This document shows, piece after piece, positions 1 to 16,959 of a stretch of 64,000 bases of DNA. Both the position numbers and the translations under genes were made by a program. Source of the stretch: the human T2T-CHM13v2.0 reference genome, Homo sapiens. The DNA is taken from NCBI RefSeq assembly GCF_009914755.1, contig NC_060936.1; one strand, 5' to 3'. The notes under the pieces are model-generated. The model saw only the letters and a program-made list of their open reading frames with translations. It had not been told where the DNA came from and did no database searches. The first letter of the stretch is position 1; each line of letters starts with the position of its first letter.

Positions 1-299
1 TACCAGGGTCACTGAGTTAATGTCTTGTAATCCTCATTACTCTCCAGGGCGTGGGAAAAGAGGGGAGCCCAGATGCCCTTGCCTCCGAGTCACAGCTCTG
101 ACTCTACAGATAGCTTCGGTCTTGTATCGGGGATATATGGGACAGAGACCAGCCTGGGGGTGGCAAGGCAGAGATTGGGGCGGTTGTCCTTGACAAGAGC
201 TGTGGATTCTCCAAGGTGACCCGAGCCTGGGACCCCTTCCAAGAAATCAGCCAGCGAAAGTCCAGCCCCAGAGGCCAAGAGCATGGCTCTGGCCGCCTA

Positions 300-449
<150 letters not shown>

Positions 450-508
450 TCAGCCGCAGGAAGCCCACGCCCAGAAGGTTCCCACGCGAACGCCAGACGT
501 GGTGGCTC

Positions 509-520
509 TGCGCGTGCGCA
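509..520. promoter_or_regulatory. NRF1 binding motif
   Basis: TGCGCGTGCGCA (minus strand TGCGCACGCGCA) matches the NRF1 consensus YGCGCAYGCGCR; NRF1 sites are typical of nuclear-encoded respiratory-chain genes. Confidence 0.85.
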
Positions 521-1971
521 GAGCTAGGTCTTGCCTACGCGGTCATGTTCTGGCTTCCCAAGTAGGCAGAATTGGTTTCCCCTGGAAGCAAAGGTACCTT
601 AAAATTTAGTTTTCAGAGGTTAAATCTAGAAGGCGGGCATATGCTGGAAAGCTCACCTACACGAGGCTTTCTCACACGGGGATTCCCCCTTTGGGAATTT
701 CAGTTTCCTCATCTAAAAATAATTGGCTCTGGTGGGCGCGGTGGCTCACTGTTGTAATCCCAGCACTTTGGGAGGCCGGGTAGGGAGGATCGTTTGAGCC
801 CAGGAGTTCGAGACCAGCCTCGCCAACACAGCGAGAATTCTGTCTCTACAAAAAAAAAAAAAAAATTAAAAATTAGCTGGATGTGGTGGCGCGTGCCCGT
901 AGTCCCAGCTACTCGGTAGGCTGAGGCTTAGATGGGAGCATCGCTTGAGCCTAAAAAATTTCAATATTACTTCATTTGTTAACCACAATTCTTCTACAAA
1001 GAGAAACCTCCCTTCAACTATTTGGCTCCTGAGATACAATTAATGTAGGAAAGGCAGTATGGGTGCTTGATTCTCTTACTTTTTTTTTGTTTTTTAATTT
1101 TAGAGACAGGCTCTCTGTCACCCAGGCTGAAATACAGTGGTGTGATCATAGCTCACTGCAGCCTCAAACTCCTGTGCTCAAGCAGTCCTCCCATTTAAGT
1201 AAGTGCCACCACCCCTGGCTAATTTTTTTTTTTTTAGAGATGGGCATCTTGTTATGTTGCCCAGGTTGGTTTTGAACTCTGGCCTCAAGTGATCCTCCTG
1301 CCTCAGCCTCTCAAAATGCTGGGATTACAGGTGTAAGCCACCACACCCAGCCGATTCTTTCCCTTATGTGTGTTTTCAAAATAACAATTTAGTTCCCTAG
1401 CTTTTTTTTTTTTTTTTTTGGTAGTGGTGGTTAAAAACACAAAATATAAAATTTACCATTTTAACCATTTTTAAGTGTACAGTAGTGTTAACCACATGCA
1501 CATTGTTGCGCAACAGATCTCTAGAACTTATTCTTCTTGCAAAACAGAAACTTTATATCCATGGAACAACTTTTTCCTCTTTCTCCATCCCCTGCCAACC
1601 ACCATTCTACTTCTGTTTCTAAGAGTTTAACTACTTTAGATACTTCATATAAGTAGAATCATGAGGTGTTTGTCTTTTAGGACCTGGCTTATTTCACTTA
1701 GCATGATATCCACAAGGCTCATCCATAGTGTAGTATATGACAGGATTTTCTTCTTTTTATAAATGTTGAATAATATTCCACTGTATGTATATGCCACCCA
1801 GTTACCTGTCCATAAACATTTCTGCTGATTCCGCCTCTTGGCTATTGTGAATAATGCTGCAGTGAACACGGGTGTGCAGATATCTCTAAGATCCTGTTTT
1901 CAGTTCTTTTGGATATATACCCAGAAGTGGATTGCTAGATCATATGGAAATTTTATTTTTTATTTTTATAG

Positions 1972-2421
<450 letters not shown>

Positions 2422-2997
2422 TAATGGATGATGAGGTGATACCTCATTGTGGTTTTGATTTGCATTTACCTGATTACTGATGTTAACCATGTTTTCATAT
2501 GCTTGTTGGCCATTTGTATATCTTCTTTGGAGAAATGTTTATTCAAGTCCTTTGCCCATTTTTGAATCGGGTTTTTTGTTGTTGTTGTTGAGTTGTAGGC
2601 ATTCTTTATGTATCGTGGATATTTTCTCCCGTTCCCTAGGTCATCTTTTCATTCCGTTGATTGTGTCCTTTGCTATGCAGAAGTTTATGTTTGATGTAGC
2701 CCCAATTGTCTATTTTTACTTTGTCTGTGCTTTTGGTATCATATCTGAGAAATCACTGCTAAATCCAATGTCATGAAGCTTCCCCCGTTGTCTTCTAGGA
2801 GTTTTATAGTTTCAGGTCTTACATTTAGGTCTTTAGTCCATTTTGAGTTAATTTTGGTATATGGTGTAGGGTAAAGGTTGAACGTCATTCTTTTGCTTGC
2901 GGATATCCGGTTTTCCCAACACTATTCTCTCCCCACTATGTAGCTTTGGTACCCTTGTCAAAGATCACTTGACCAGATACTTGAGAGTTTAACTCTA

Positions 2998-3200
2998 GGT
3001 TCTCTATTCTGTTCCGTTGGTCTATATGTCTGTTCTTATGCCAATACCACTCTGTTTTGATTACTGCATCTTTGCACAATGTTTTGAAGTCAGGAAGTGG
3101 GTTCTCTATTCTACTCCGTTGGTCTATATGTCTGTTCTTATGCCAGTACCACTCTGTTTTGATTACTGCATCTTTGTACAATGTTTGAAGTCAGGAAGTG
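2998..3200 (+). repeat. ~102-bp tandem duplication within the L1
   Basis: GGTTCTCTATTCT...CAGGAAGTG occurs at 2998-3099 and 3100-3200 with few differences; visible as a duplicated peptide in ORF 2936..3181. Confidence 0.95.
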
Positions 3201-4287
3201 GAAGGCCTCCGGCTTTATTTTTCTGAAGATTATTTTGTCTATTCAGGGTCTTTTGAGATTCCGTATGAATTTTAGGACTTTTTAAAAATCTGCAAAGAAA
3301 AATGGCCCTGGGATTTTGATAGGTATTGCAATGAATCTGTAGCTTACTTTGGGTAGTATGGGATTTTAACAATATTAAGTCTTCCAATCCACAAACACGA
3401 ATGTCTTTCCATTTATTTGCATCTAATTTCTTTCAGCACTGTTTTGTAGTTTTCAGTATATAAGTCTTTTGCCTACTTGATTAAGTTATTCCTAAATATT
3501 TTATTCTTTTTGATGCTATTTTAAATGTGATTGTTTTCTTAATTTCCTTTTTGAGTTGTTCATTGTTAGTGTTTAGAAGGCAACTGATTTTTGTGTGTTG
3601 ATTTTGTACCTTGCAACTTTGTTGAATTTATTTATTAGTTCTAACCATTTTTTGGTGGAATCCTTAGGGTTTTCCACATATAATACCACATCATTTGTTA
3701 ATGAAGATAATTTTACTTCTTTTCCTTTTTTTTTTTTAAGGCAAGGTTTCACCCTTATCACCAAAGCTGGGGCTCAAGTGATCCCCCTGCCTTAGCCTCA
3801 TGCACAGCTGGGACTACAAGCATGCAACATCATGCCTGGCTAATTTTTAAAAAGTTTTTTGTAGAGATAGGGTCTTGCTGTGTTGCCCAGACTAATCTTG
3901 AAATTCTGGCCTCAAGCAAGCAATCTTCCCGTCTCAGCCTCCCAAAGTGTTGGGATTACAGGATGAGCCACCGTGCCTGGCCCTTCTTTTCCAATTTTCA
4001 GCTTTTATTTATTTATTTTTTGCCTAAGTGCTCTGGCAAGGGCTTTTAGTAATATGTTGAATAGAAGTAGCAAGAATGTACGTACTTGCCTTGTTCCTGA
4101 TCTTAGAAGAAAAGCTTTCAGTTTTTCACTATTGAATATGATGTTAGCTGTGGGCTTTTCAAACATGGCCTTTATTAGGTTGAGATAATTTCCTTTCATT
4201 CGTAGTTTGTTGAGTGTTTTTGCCAAGTGCTTTTTCTATATCAATTGAGATGATAATATGGTTTCTGTTCTTCATTCTGTTAATGTG

Positions 4288-4752
4288 CCTCTCAACTTAA
4301 AATGGCATTACATTCTGACATGCCCATTGTAAATAAAAAATATCTAAATAAAAAATGTACCGAGGCCAGGTGTGGGGTGGCTCACACCTGTAATCCCAGC
4401 ACTTTGGGAGGCTGAGTCAGGCAGATCGCTTTGAGCTTAGAAGTTCAAGACCAGCCTGGGCAACATAGTGAAACCCCATCTCTACAAAAAATTAAAAAAA
4501 AAAAAATGGCTGGGCATGGTAGCATGCACCTGTGAAGCTGAGGCTGGAGAATTGCTTGAACCTGGGGAGCAAAGGTTTCAGTGAGCCAAGGTCATGCCAC
4601 TGCATTCCAGCCTGGGTGACAGAGTAAGACCCTGTCTCAAAAACAAAACAAAACAAAACACCACAAAAAAAATGCATTGTAAACACCAATAAACCCATCA
4701 TAAAACAAAAAAATTGTAAGTCAGGTCATGATCAGTTGCAAACCATTTGTAG
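4288..4752. mobile_element. MER47/Tigger5-like DNA transposon remnant split by an Alu
   Basis: CCTCTCAACTTAAAATGGCATTACA...AATAAACCCATCAT...GTAAGTC resembles the recalled MER47 consensus; Alu at ~4344-4650 interrupts it. Confidence 0.5.
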
Positions 4753-4807
4753 TCCATTACACTGATTGATATTTGTATGTTGAACCATCCTTGCATTCCA
4801 GGAATAA

Positions 4808-5236
<429 letters not shown>

Positions 5237-6267
5237 TAGTATCTGTTGTGGTTTTGGTATCAGGGTATTGCTGGCCTCATAAAATGAGTTTAGGCTGGGC
5301 GTGGTGGCTCACACCTCTAATTCTAACACTTTAGGAGGCTGAGGCGGGCAGATCACTTGAGTCCAGGAGTTTAAAACCAGCCTGGCCAATGTGACGAAAC
5401 TGTGTCTATACTAAAAATACAAAAATTAGCTGGGCCTGGTGGTGCATGCCTATAATCCCAGCTACTCAGGAGGCTGAGACATGAGAACTGCTTGAGCCTG
5501 GGAGGCAGAGGTTGCAGTGAGCTGAGATTCCACCATCACACTGTGGCCTGGGTGACAGAGGGGAAACTCTGTCTCAAAAAAAAAAAAGAGTTTAAAAGAG
5601 TTACCTTGGCCAGGTGCAGTGGCTCATGCCTGTAATCCCACGCAGCATTTTGGGAGGCCAAGGCGGGTAGATCACCTGAAGTCTAGAGTTCGAGACCAGC
5701 CTGGCCAACATGGTGAAACCCTATCTCTACTAAAAATACAAAAATTTAGCCAGGTGTGGTGGTGTGCTCCTGTAACCCCAGCTACTCAGGAGGCTGAGGC
5801 AGGAGAATCGCTTGTACATGGGAGGTGGAGGTTGCAGTGAGCTGATTGCACTATTACACTCCAGCCTGGGCAACAAGAGTGAAACTCCATCTCAAAAAAA
5901 AAAAAAAGTGTTACCTTCTCTCTTTCTTCTTTTTTTTTTCTTTTCTAATGAGATGGGGTCTCACTATGTTGTCCAGGCTGGTCTCAAACTCCTGGGCTTA
6001 AGTGATCTTCCCACCTCAGCCTCCCAAAGTGCTGGGATTACAGATATGAGCCACTGTGCCCAGCCAAGTGTTACCTTCTCTTTAATTTTTTGGAATAATT
6101 TGAGAAGGATTGGTATTAACTTTTCAATTAATTCAAATGTTTGCTAGAATTCTCCTGTGAAGTATCTGTTCCTTGGCTTTTCTTTGTTGGGAGTTTTCTG
6201 ATTACTGATTTAATCTCCTTACTAGTTATGAATCTGTTCAGATGTTTTCTTCTTTTTCTTTATTTAA

Positions 6268-6501
<234 letters not shown>

Positions 6502-6585
6502 TGATCCACCCTCCTCGGCCTCCCGAAGTGCTGGGATTACAAGTGTGAGCCACCGTGCCTGGTCTCTTTTTCTTTATTTTTATAG

Positions 6586-7220
<635 letters not shown>

Positions 7221-8561
7221 TGATTTCTAGCTTTATTCCACTGTAGTCAGAAAAGATACTTGGTATGATATCAATCTTCTTAAAATTTGTTAAACCTTGT
7301 TTTGTGACCTAATATGTAATCTATCACAGACAATGTTGCATGTATGCTTGACAAGAATGTGTATTGTCATTGTTAGGTGGAATGTTCTCTGTATGTCTGT
7401 TAGGTCCAATTGCTCTAGAGCATTGTTCAAGTCCTCTGTTTCCTTTTCGATATTCTGTCTGGGTGTTATATCCATTATTGAAGGTGGGGTTTTGAAAACT
7501 ACTTTTGTTGTGTTACTATTTCTATTTCTCCTCAATTCTGTCAGTGTTTGCTTCCTATATTTGAGTGTTCTGATGTTAGGTGCATATTTAATTGTTATAT
7601 CTTCCTAGTGGATTAACCCTTTTATCATTTTGTAATCCCTTTGTCTCTTGTGACAGTTTTTCACCTAAAAGTCTATTTTGTTTGATATAAGTACGGCCAC
7701 TCCTCTTTTTTTGTTACCATTTGCATTAAAAATCCTTTTTCTGTCTTTTCACTTTCAACCTATGTGTGTCCTTACATTTACCCTATGTAAATCTCTTATA
7801 GAGAGCATATAGTTAAGATTCTGGTGGGTTTTTTTTTTTTTTTTTTTTTGGTCCATTTAGCTACCCTGTCTTTTGACTGGGGAGTTTAATTCTTGTACAT
7901 TTAAAGTAATTACTGATAGGGAAGGATTTACTACTGGCATTTTGTTAATTGTTTTCTGTATTTTTTGCTGTTGTGTCTCTCTCTCCTCTCTTGCCACCTT
8001 CCCTGTGTTTCATTGGTTTTTTGGTAGCAATTTGCCATTCCTTTTTCATTTTCTTTTGTGTATCTTTTATAGGTATTTTCTTTATGGTTATGTTGTCCCT
8101 AGGTTTTTTTTTTTTTTTTTTTTTCAAACTGAGGCGGGGTTTTAATATGTTGCCCAGGCTGGTCACATGCTCCTGGGCTCAAGTGATCCTCCCATCCTAG
8201 CCTCCCAAGTAGCTGGGATTATAGGCACATGCCACTGCACCTGGTGTCTCTAGCATTTTTAAAGTACAATATGTACTTATAGATTTAAATGTTTGATATG
8301 TTTCAACCCATTGCAGTTATTATTCTAATCAATTACCAAATTGTTTTATCTTTGGTTAGTAGAGACCTCTTCAGGTTGGTTCCTGAGTTTCTGAGACACA
8401 ATCTAGTCATCTTTGATAGTTTTATTATCATTATTTTATTTTTGGTGTGACAAGATGTTCCCAGCTCATCTTACATATTTCCTACCCGGACCTGCAATCA
8501 GCCTTTCTTCTGGGGAGCTCTACTCCAGGGCTTATGGTTGCTTAAATCTCAACTCTATCAC

Positions 8562-8924
8562 TGTATTAGTACCCTCTCACACTGCTAATAAAGGCATACC
8601 TGATACTGGGTAATTTATAAAAGCAAGAGGTTTAATTGACTCACAGTTCAGCATGGCTGGGGAGGCCTCAGGAAACTTACAATCAGGGTAGAAGGGGAAG
8701 CAAAAACATCCCTCTTCTCATGGTGGCAGAAACGAGAAGTGCAGAGGGAAAGGGAGAAAAGCCCCTTATAAAACCATCAGATCTCATGATAACTCACCCA
8801 CTATCATGAGAACAACATGAGGGTAATTGCTCCCATAATTAAAGCATCCTTTCCACAACATGTGGGGATTATAGGATTACAATTCAAGATGAGATTTGGG
8901 TGGGGACACAGCCAAACCCTATCA
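8562..8924 (-). mobile_element. THE1/MST-type (MaLR) solo LTR with 5-bp TSD, inserted in a MIR
   Basis: Minus strand begins TGATAGGGTTTGGCTGTGTCCCCACCCAAATCTC and ends ...CTAATACA; ATCAC duplicated at 8557-8561 and 8925-8929; flanks rejoin into a MIR (to ~9085). Confidence 0.92.
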
Positions 8925-9119
8925 ATCACTAATTAGCTATATTGAGCAAGTTGCTTACACCTTAGTTTACTCATTTGTAAAATGGGGTTAATAATATTAC
9001 CCATCTCATGAGATCACTGTAGGCATTAAATAAGGTACATAAAAAACACAGTGCCTGGTGTATCATAAGTACTCAATAAAGGTTAGTTTGATAAATTACT
9101 TCTAAATAACAATAGAGAC

Positions 9120-10140
9120 ATATGTCTTCTTGAGCAGATTTTTCACAGAACATTCTGACTTCCTGTTCTAATTTTGATCAGTTGTCTTTAGGCCTCATTC
9201 ATGAATGGATGATCATTCTGGGATTTCTTTTCATTGTGTTTCTGAATAAATGAGTCTTATTTTATCTTGGATCCTGCATATTTTTCTTTCTTAGAATTCT
9301 CTCATTTAGGGTTGCTTGTTTTTTTTGTTTGTTTTGGTAGAGCACATTTTTGAGACTTTTTTCAAAAATGCATGTAGGAGATAACATTTCCCTCGATTGA
9401 TCCTTTACTTGGTCATAAAACCCTAGGTTCAAAATAGTTTCCTCACAGAACTCTGAAAGCATTCCTCCATTGCCCTCTAATATCTAACATTTAGCTGGGT
9501 GTGGTGGTGCATGCCCATAGTCCCAGCCACTTGGGAGGCTGAGGCAGGAGGATTGCTACAGCCCAGGAGTTAGAGGCTGCAGTGAGCTATGATCGTGGCC
9601 ACTGCACTCCAGCCTGGGTGTCAGAGTGAGACCCTGTCTCAAACAAAACCCCAAAACCTCTAACATAGTTGATGAGAATCCTGCTGCCAATCTGATACAA
9701 ATTCATTTGTTAAAAACCTGTTTTTCAATCTTTTGAAGTTTTTCAGATTTTTCTATTTGTCTTTAAAGTTCTGAAATTTCATGAAGATTTATCTAGGGCT
9801 TTTGTAGTTGATGTTTGTTGGAATTCAGCATCATCTTTGAATTTGGAGATGTGACATTTTTAGCAGTAGAAATTGTTTTAAATAATTTTTCCCCTACATT
9901 TTCTGTTACTTCTTTCCGAAATCTGGGTATTAGGTGAACATTGACCCTTCTGGATTGATCCCCTATTATCTTTTTAACGTTACCTGAATATTTTGTTTTT
10001 TCTGCATATTTTCCATTTTCATCTTTGTGCTTTACATTCTGAACCATTTCTTTGCATTTATGTACCAGTTCACTAATTTGTTCCTTGTCTAGGTCCAGTC
10101 CATCAGTCCTGATAGATTTTTTCAACATGATTTTTAGTTT
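9120..10140 (-). mobile_element. Ancient L1/HAL1 ORF1-like remnant
   Basis: ORF 9793..10128 (EQISEL...DQSRRVNVHLIP...ENVGEKLFK) resembles the L1 ORF1p coiled-coil/RRM junction; a similar stretch occurs at ~14900-15100. Confidence 0.6.
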
Positions 10141-11546
10141 AAAGAATGCTTAAAAAAGAAAGAAAGAAAGAACTCTTTCTTTAATCTCTCTTCCTTTTTT
10201 TTTTTTGAGACAGAGTCTCACTCTGTTGCCCAGGCTGGAGTGCAGTGGCGTGATCTCGGCTCGCTGCAACTCCACCTCCCAGGTTCAAGCGATTCTCCTG
10301 CCTCAGCCTCCCAAGTAGCTAGGACTACAGGCGTGCGCCACCACACTCAGCTAGTTTTTGTATTTTTAATAGAGACAGGGTTTCACCATGTTGGTCAGGC
10401 TGGTCTTGAACTCCTGACCTCGTGATCCGCCTGCCTCAGCCTCCCAAAGTGTTAGGATTACAGGTGTGAGCCATTGTGCCTGGCCAGTCTCTCTTCTTTT
10501 TCATAGTATCCTGTTCTGATTTTTTTTGTCATTAACTTGGTATCAACATTATTATAGAACAACTAAAGTTAAAGAGACACACAGAATTCAGTTGGATAAT
10601 ACCGACATGTTCATGTGAACAAACATTGCCAGAAGCCTTAATTCTTTCTTCAATGATCTTAGCTTCAATTTAGCTCATCCATTTTGATCATTTTCCCTCT
10701 TAAATTTGGTACATTGAACATACGTACCTCACTGAAGAAATCATATAGTTCCATTTTCTGAACTGATTTCCCACTCCTAGCAACAACTACTTCCAACCCT
10801 TTTAGCTTAGTTATTCCCTACCATATTTCTAAATTACATGCTTATAGTATTTCTAGAGTTTTTCCAACTTTAGGCATTACTTGTTGACTTCTCAACATAG
10901 GTGAGGACTTTTAGGGCTTTCACACACTCCCCTCCTCACACCTAGCTCCCCCTCCAACTTCCTGCTCCATTTTTCATATACGGTTTACTAAATTTTCTGT
11001 TACATATCCATGTAAGGACAATTTAGTGTTTACAACTTCTCAAGGGCTTACTCCCCTCCCTTGGATACAGGGAATTGTGGAGGAGATCTGGAGATCTAAC
11101 AGCACCTCATTTTTTCCACATAAGGATTTATTTTTCTATCAAATATTGGGAAATATACAAAAGTGCCTATTTGATCTTAAGAATCTACAGTCAGCTTAAT
11201 AAGTAGAATAGTATCAGAGATTCAAGTTTTCAAAAAACATGGCTGAAAAAACAGCTTTGATTCCCTAAACTCTTCCAGAATCTTCCCACTTTCCTGTCAA
11301 AGGGCATAGTTTATCTTCCCTTGAATGTGGGTGGGTCTTTGCATCAATAAATAAAATGACATGGAAAGCAATGTTGCTTGGTTTCTGAGGGTAGGTTAGA
11401 AAAAACCATCTGGCTTTTCCCTGGCACTTCCTCTCTCAACACTTCCTCCAGCAGCCACATGGAAATTACCCTTCATTTCCCACAAAATGGAGTCCAGTCT
11501 GTAGCTGAGTAGTTTTCTTAGCCATCTCCTGCCCATACAAGTTTGA

Positions 11547-11711
<165 letters not shown>

Positions 11712-11969
11712 TAGGGCAGCCATGCACCACCATGCCCAGCTTAAGATGTTACAATCCTTTAAACTTCTTATGATTTCTTATGTATCAATTTGTAAACAAT
11801 TCCATAAGATGAAAACCACCCCCAACCTCCCAGGCCCCAATCTTGTCCAGGTAAGCCTTGTCTACCTGGGTTTCCAAGTGAGGCTGCTGAGATGGAATAT
11901 TTTTTCCCCCAAATGAGGGAAACATTTCTAGTATTTCTGGTTCCATATGCTCTTCCAGAAGCTTGCCAC

Positions 11970-12745
<776 letters not shown>

Positions 12746-14075
12746 CTCTGTCAATACTTTTCAAGCCCCTTGTATTCTGTTTTTATCCTCTTCCCACCCC
12801 TTCAGAAGTAACTAGTATTCTAATTTAGTATTATTTCCTTTGCTTTCACAAAATTAGCTTTCCCACATAAATACCTCTCAACAATGTATCTGCCTGTTTT
12901 CAGTAAACCAGTTAAATTATGGTTTTGTATACTTTTGGGCTTTTTTCATACAACATTGTATTTTGGGGATTCACCCATGTTTATAGTTTATTCCTTTTTT
13001 AGTGTTGCATAGTATTCCATTGGGTGATTATACCACAATTAACTTCTCCATTCTCCTGTCAATGGATATTTGAACAGTTTTCCTTTTTTGCTCTTACAAT
13101 GCTGACATGAATATTTTTGTATGCCCCCTGGTACATGTGTGAGTTTCTCTAGGATAACTTCATGCATGTTCAACTTTCTATTTAATGCAAAATCTTTCCC
13201 GAATTTATTGTACCGACACTCCCTCCATCAACACACATATTTTTACTCCACATACTCTACGTTTGGTTTCGCCAGACTAAAATTTTATCATTCTGGTGGG
13301 TGTGTATTTACTTCCAAAATAGACTTTCAGCAAATCCTTCATCTTCCCCTCCAGAGATGTCATAGTACAAGAGCATTTTGGAGGATCTGTGGTACAAATC
13401 AGATTGCTTCACAGTTTTCCACACTGCAGGATAAAAAGTCCTTCTCAGGTTTGCTAGGATCATCACTACTAATCTATTTTTAGCTTTCAAAAAGTTGTGG
13501 TTATCATTTATTTCTGTCCCATTTTTTTGTCTTTGTAAGATGCATTAAAAAACAAACGAAAACCATAAAGCAAACCAGGTGTGGCAGTTCACACCTGTAG
13601 CCCAGCTAATCAGGAGGCTGGGAGACTAATCAGGAGGCTGAGGTGGGAACATAGCTTGAGCCCAGGAGTTCCACCCTGGCCAACACATTGACACTTGGTG
13701 TCTAAAAAAAATAAAAACAACCCACAAACCTTTAGCTGTTTTAATGCAGTTTTAGAAGGAACTTAGGGTTAAATGTATGCATTCAAGGCATCTTTCACCA
13801 GGCATTAATTTTTTAATTTCAGTAAATTTTTTCTAAATGTTTTTTGGCTTTTCAAATCTACTTGGTTATTTTTGCTGCTGTTTCTTGTTTACTTTTAGAT
13901 TCAATTTTTTTCTCCTTAAAACATATCATATAGTTGCATTCTGCATGTGACAATTTTAATATCTAATACTGTCTTTGAGGGTCTTTATGTATTGCTTATT
14001 TCCTTGTGAGTTTGATAATTTTGTGTACTCATATTTGGTTGAGCCTAATCTGTGAGAATATCAAGATTTTAAATT

Positions 14076-14250
14076 AAGGGTTGGTAAACTATACTCCAAG
14101 AGCCAAATCCAGTCCACTGCCTGTTTTTGTATACGCTTTATTGGACCACAGGTATGCCCACTCATTTATGTTGTGTATAGTTACTTTAGCACTTTTTGAG
14201 TCGTTTTAACAGACACTGCATGGCCTATGAAGCCAAAAATATTTCCTTTC
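14076..14250 (+). mobile_element. MER58-like hAT-Charlie MITE
   Basis: AGGGTTGGTAAACTA...GCCAAATCCAGTCCACTGCCTGTTTTTGTA...GGCCTATGAAGCCAAAAATATTT matches the recalled MER58A layout. Confidence 0.7.
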
Positions 14251-14586
14251 TCAACTTCTGTTCTCAATTATGAATATTTTCTCCAGAGAAGATTTACACT
14301 TGCTTCTGCCAGGACACAGGGGGTACTACTGACCTGAAACAACCTTAGCCTTCTTTAGGAAGTCATCTCAATTTGGTGAACTCAGCTAATAGATCAAAGG
14401 CCTTCAGAGTATCTGTTCCTCTATGCTGCTAAAAATAGCAGTTGTCTTCTTTGACTATATGATGATTTCAAGATGCCATATCTTTTAAAATTTATAATGG
14501 TGGATCATTTCCACCCACAGACATGTGTCCTTTTGTGGAACTTTTCTTACATTATTTAATAATTTCCTTTTCTGAAATCTTTCCTA

Positions 14587-14969
<383 letters not shown>

Positions 14970-15495
14970 CTATTTTCTATTCCTTTGTCTTTTGGGTTTA
15001 CTTTCAGGGTGAATTCTTCAATTTTATCTCTCAATCCTTCTAATGAATTGCCTTGACTATCATTTTTAATTTCTAGGGGCAATTCCTTGCTCCACATTTT
15101 TTTTGGGAAAATTCTGTTCTCCTTTTATGGATACATCTGGTTTCTCTCAAGATACTAATTATATTTGGGGAATATTTTTCTGATCTTTGCGTTTTGTATC
15201 TGCTCCCCACCCCTCATGTCTGGTCTCTCATGTATAGAGATTTTCCTTAAATATCTGGCTATCCTGGGCTGTAAGTTCACATTTAATAATAGGGCACTAA
15301 AGAACTGAATGGAAACCCAATACATACACACATGACTTGGTAATTGGAGGGCTTCATTGAAGAGTGATAAGGTGGCAAACAGGCTTTATTTATTTATTTT
15401 TTTATCATTAAGGGATAACCAAAATGGAGATCTTTTCTCTGGGGCCATTTAGCTTCTCCAAAGAAAAAAAACCTGGCAGAGAAAACTGTACTTGA

Positions 15496-15767
<272 letters not shown>

Positions 15768-15830
15768 TGAACTCGTGACCTCGTGATCCACCCACCTTGG
15801 CCTCCCAAAGTGCTGGGATTACAGGCGTGA

Positions 15831-16205
<375 letters not shown>

Positions 16206-16959
16206 TAGAGATGAGGTTTCACTACATTACACCGGGTAGTCTCGAACTCCTGGACTCAAGCAATCTGCCTCGCTCGGCCTCCCAAAGTGCTGGGACTACA
16301 GGCATGAGCCACGGTGCCTGGCCTCCACCCAACTTAAGTAGGGCTGGGGAAAGACAGTCGAATTATTCTGTATCCAGACTTGCCACCAATCTATTTTTTT
16401 TTATGTCTCAAGCATCATCTCTTCTTCTGAGCACTGTTTCCTTCAGGGTACTGAGCATCTTGTTTGGTATGGCTTCTTTCTCATTGCATTGCCTTTTGCA
16501 GTCACTCAGTTAAAGCTTCTTTAGTTCTGGTTCTACTAAATCAGTCATTCTTTCTCTACCTGCATTTTGTTTTCCAAAAATTTACTTTACTCTATCCTTT
16601 GATTTCTTCTCTCCTGTTCCATTTGTCCTCGTGTAGTTATTATATTTTATGGACATTTTACTGAGATTTCGGGAACGAAAACAAAAGCTAATCTGCAGTA
16701 TTTAGCTGGGAGTCTTCAAATTGAATTGTAAATAACCCTAAAATATAGGACATAGAAATGTTTCCATGTTTTTCTCTTCCTGGAGAGAGAAAATCATGTT
16801 TTAATTAAAATCACCCCACCTAAGAGTCACCTATTATATCAGTGGCGATTCTTATTAGAGCTTTCTTAATATAGCAGATCTATACTTGCTATAGATGAAA
16901 GCACAATGGAACAAACGAAGGATAAGCAATCACTGAAAAGGAAAATGAATAATATATTT

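Noticed and set aside
10525-10760. Possible processed-pseudogene 3' fragment (short T run followed by unique-looking sequence)
   Set aside because: No parent gene recognised, no clear TSD, and the frame is interrupted; would need BLAST.
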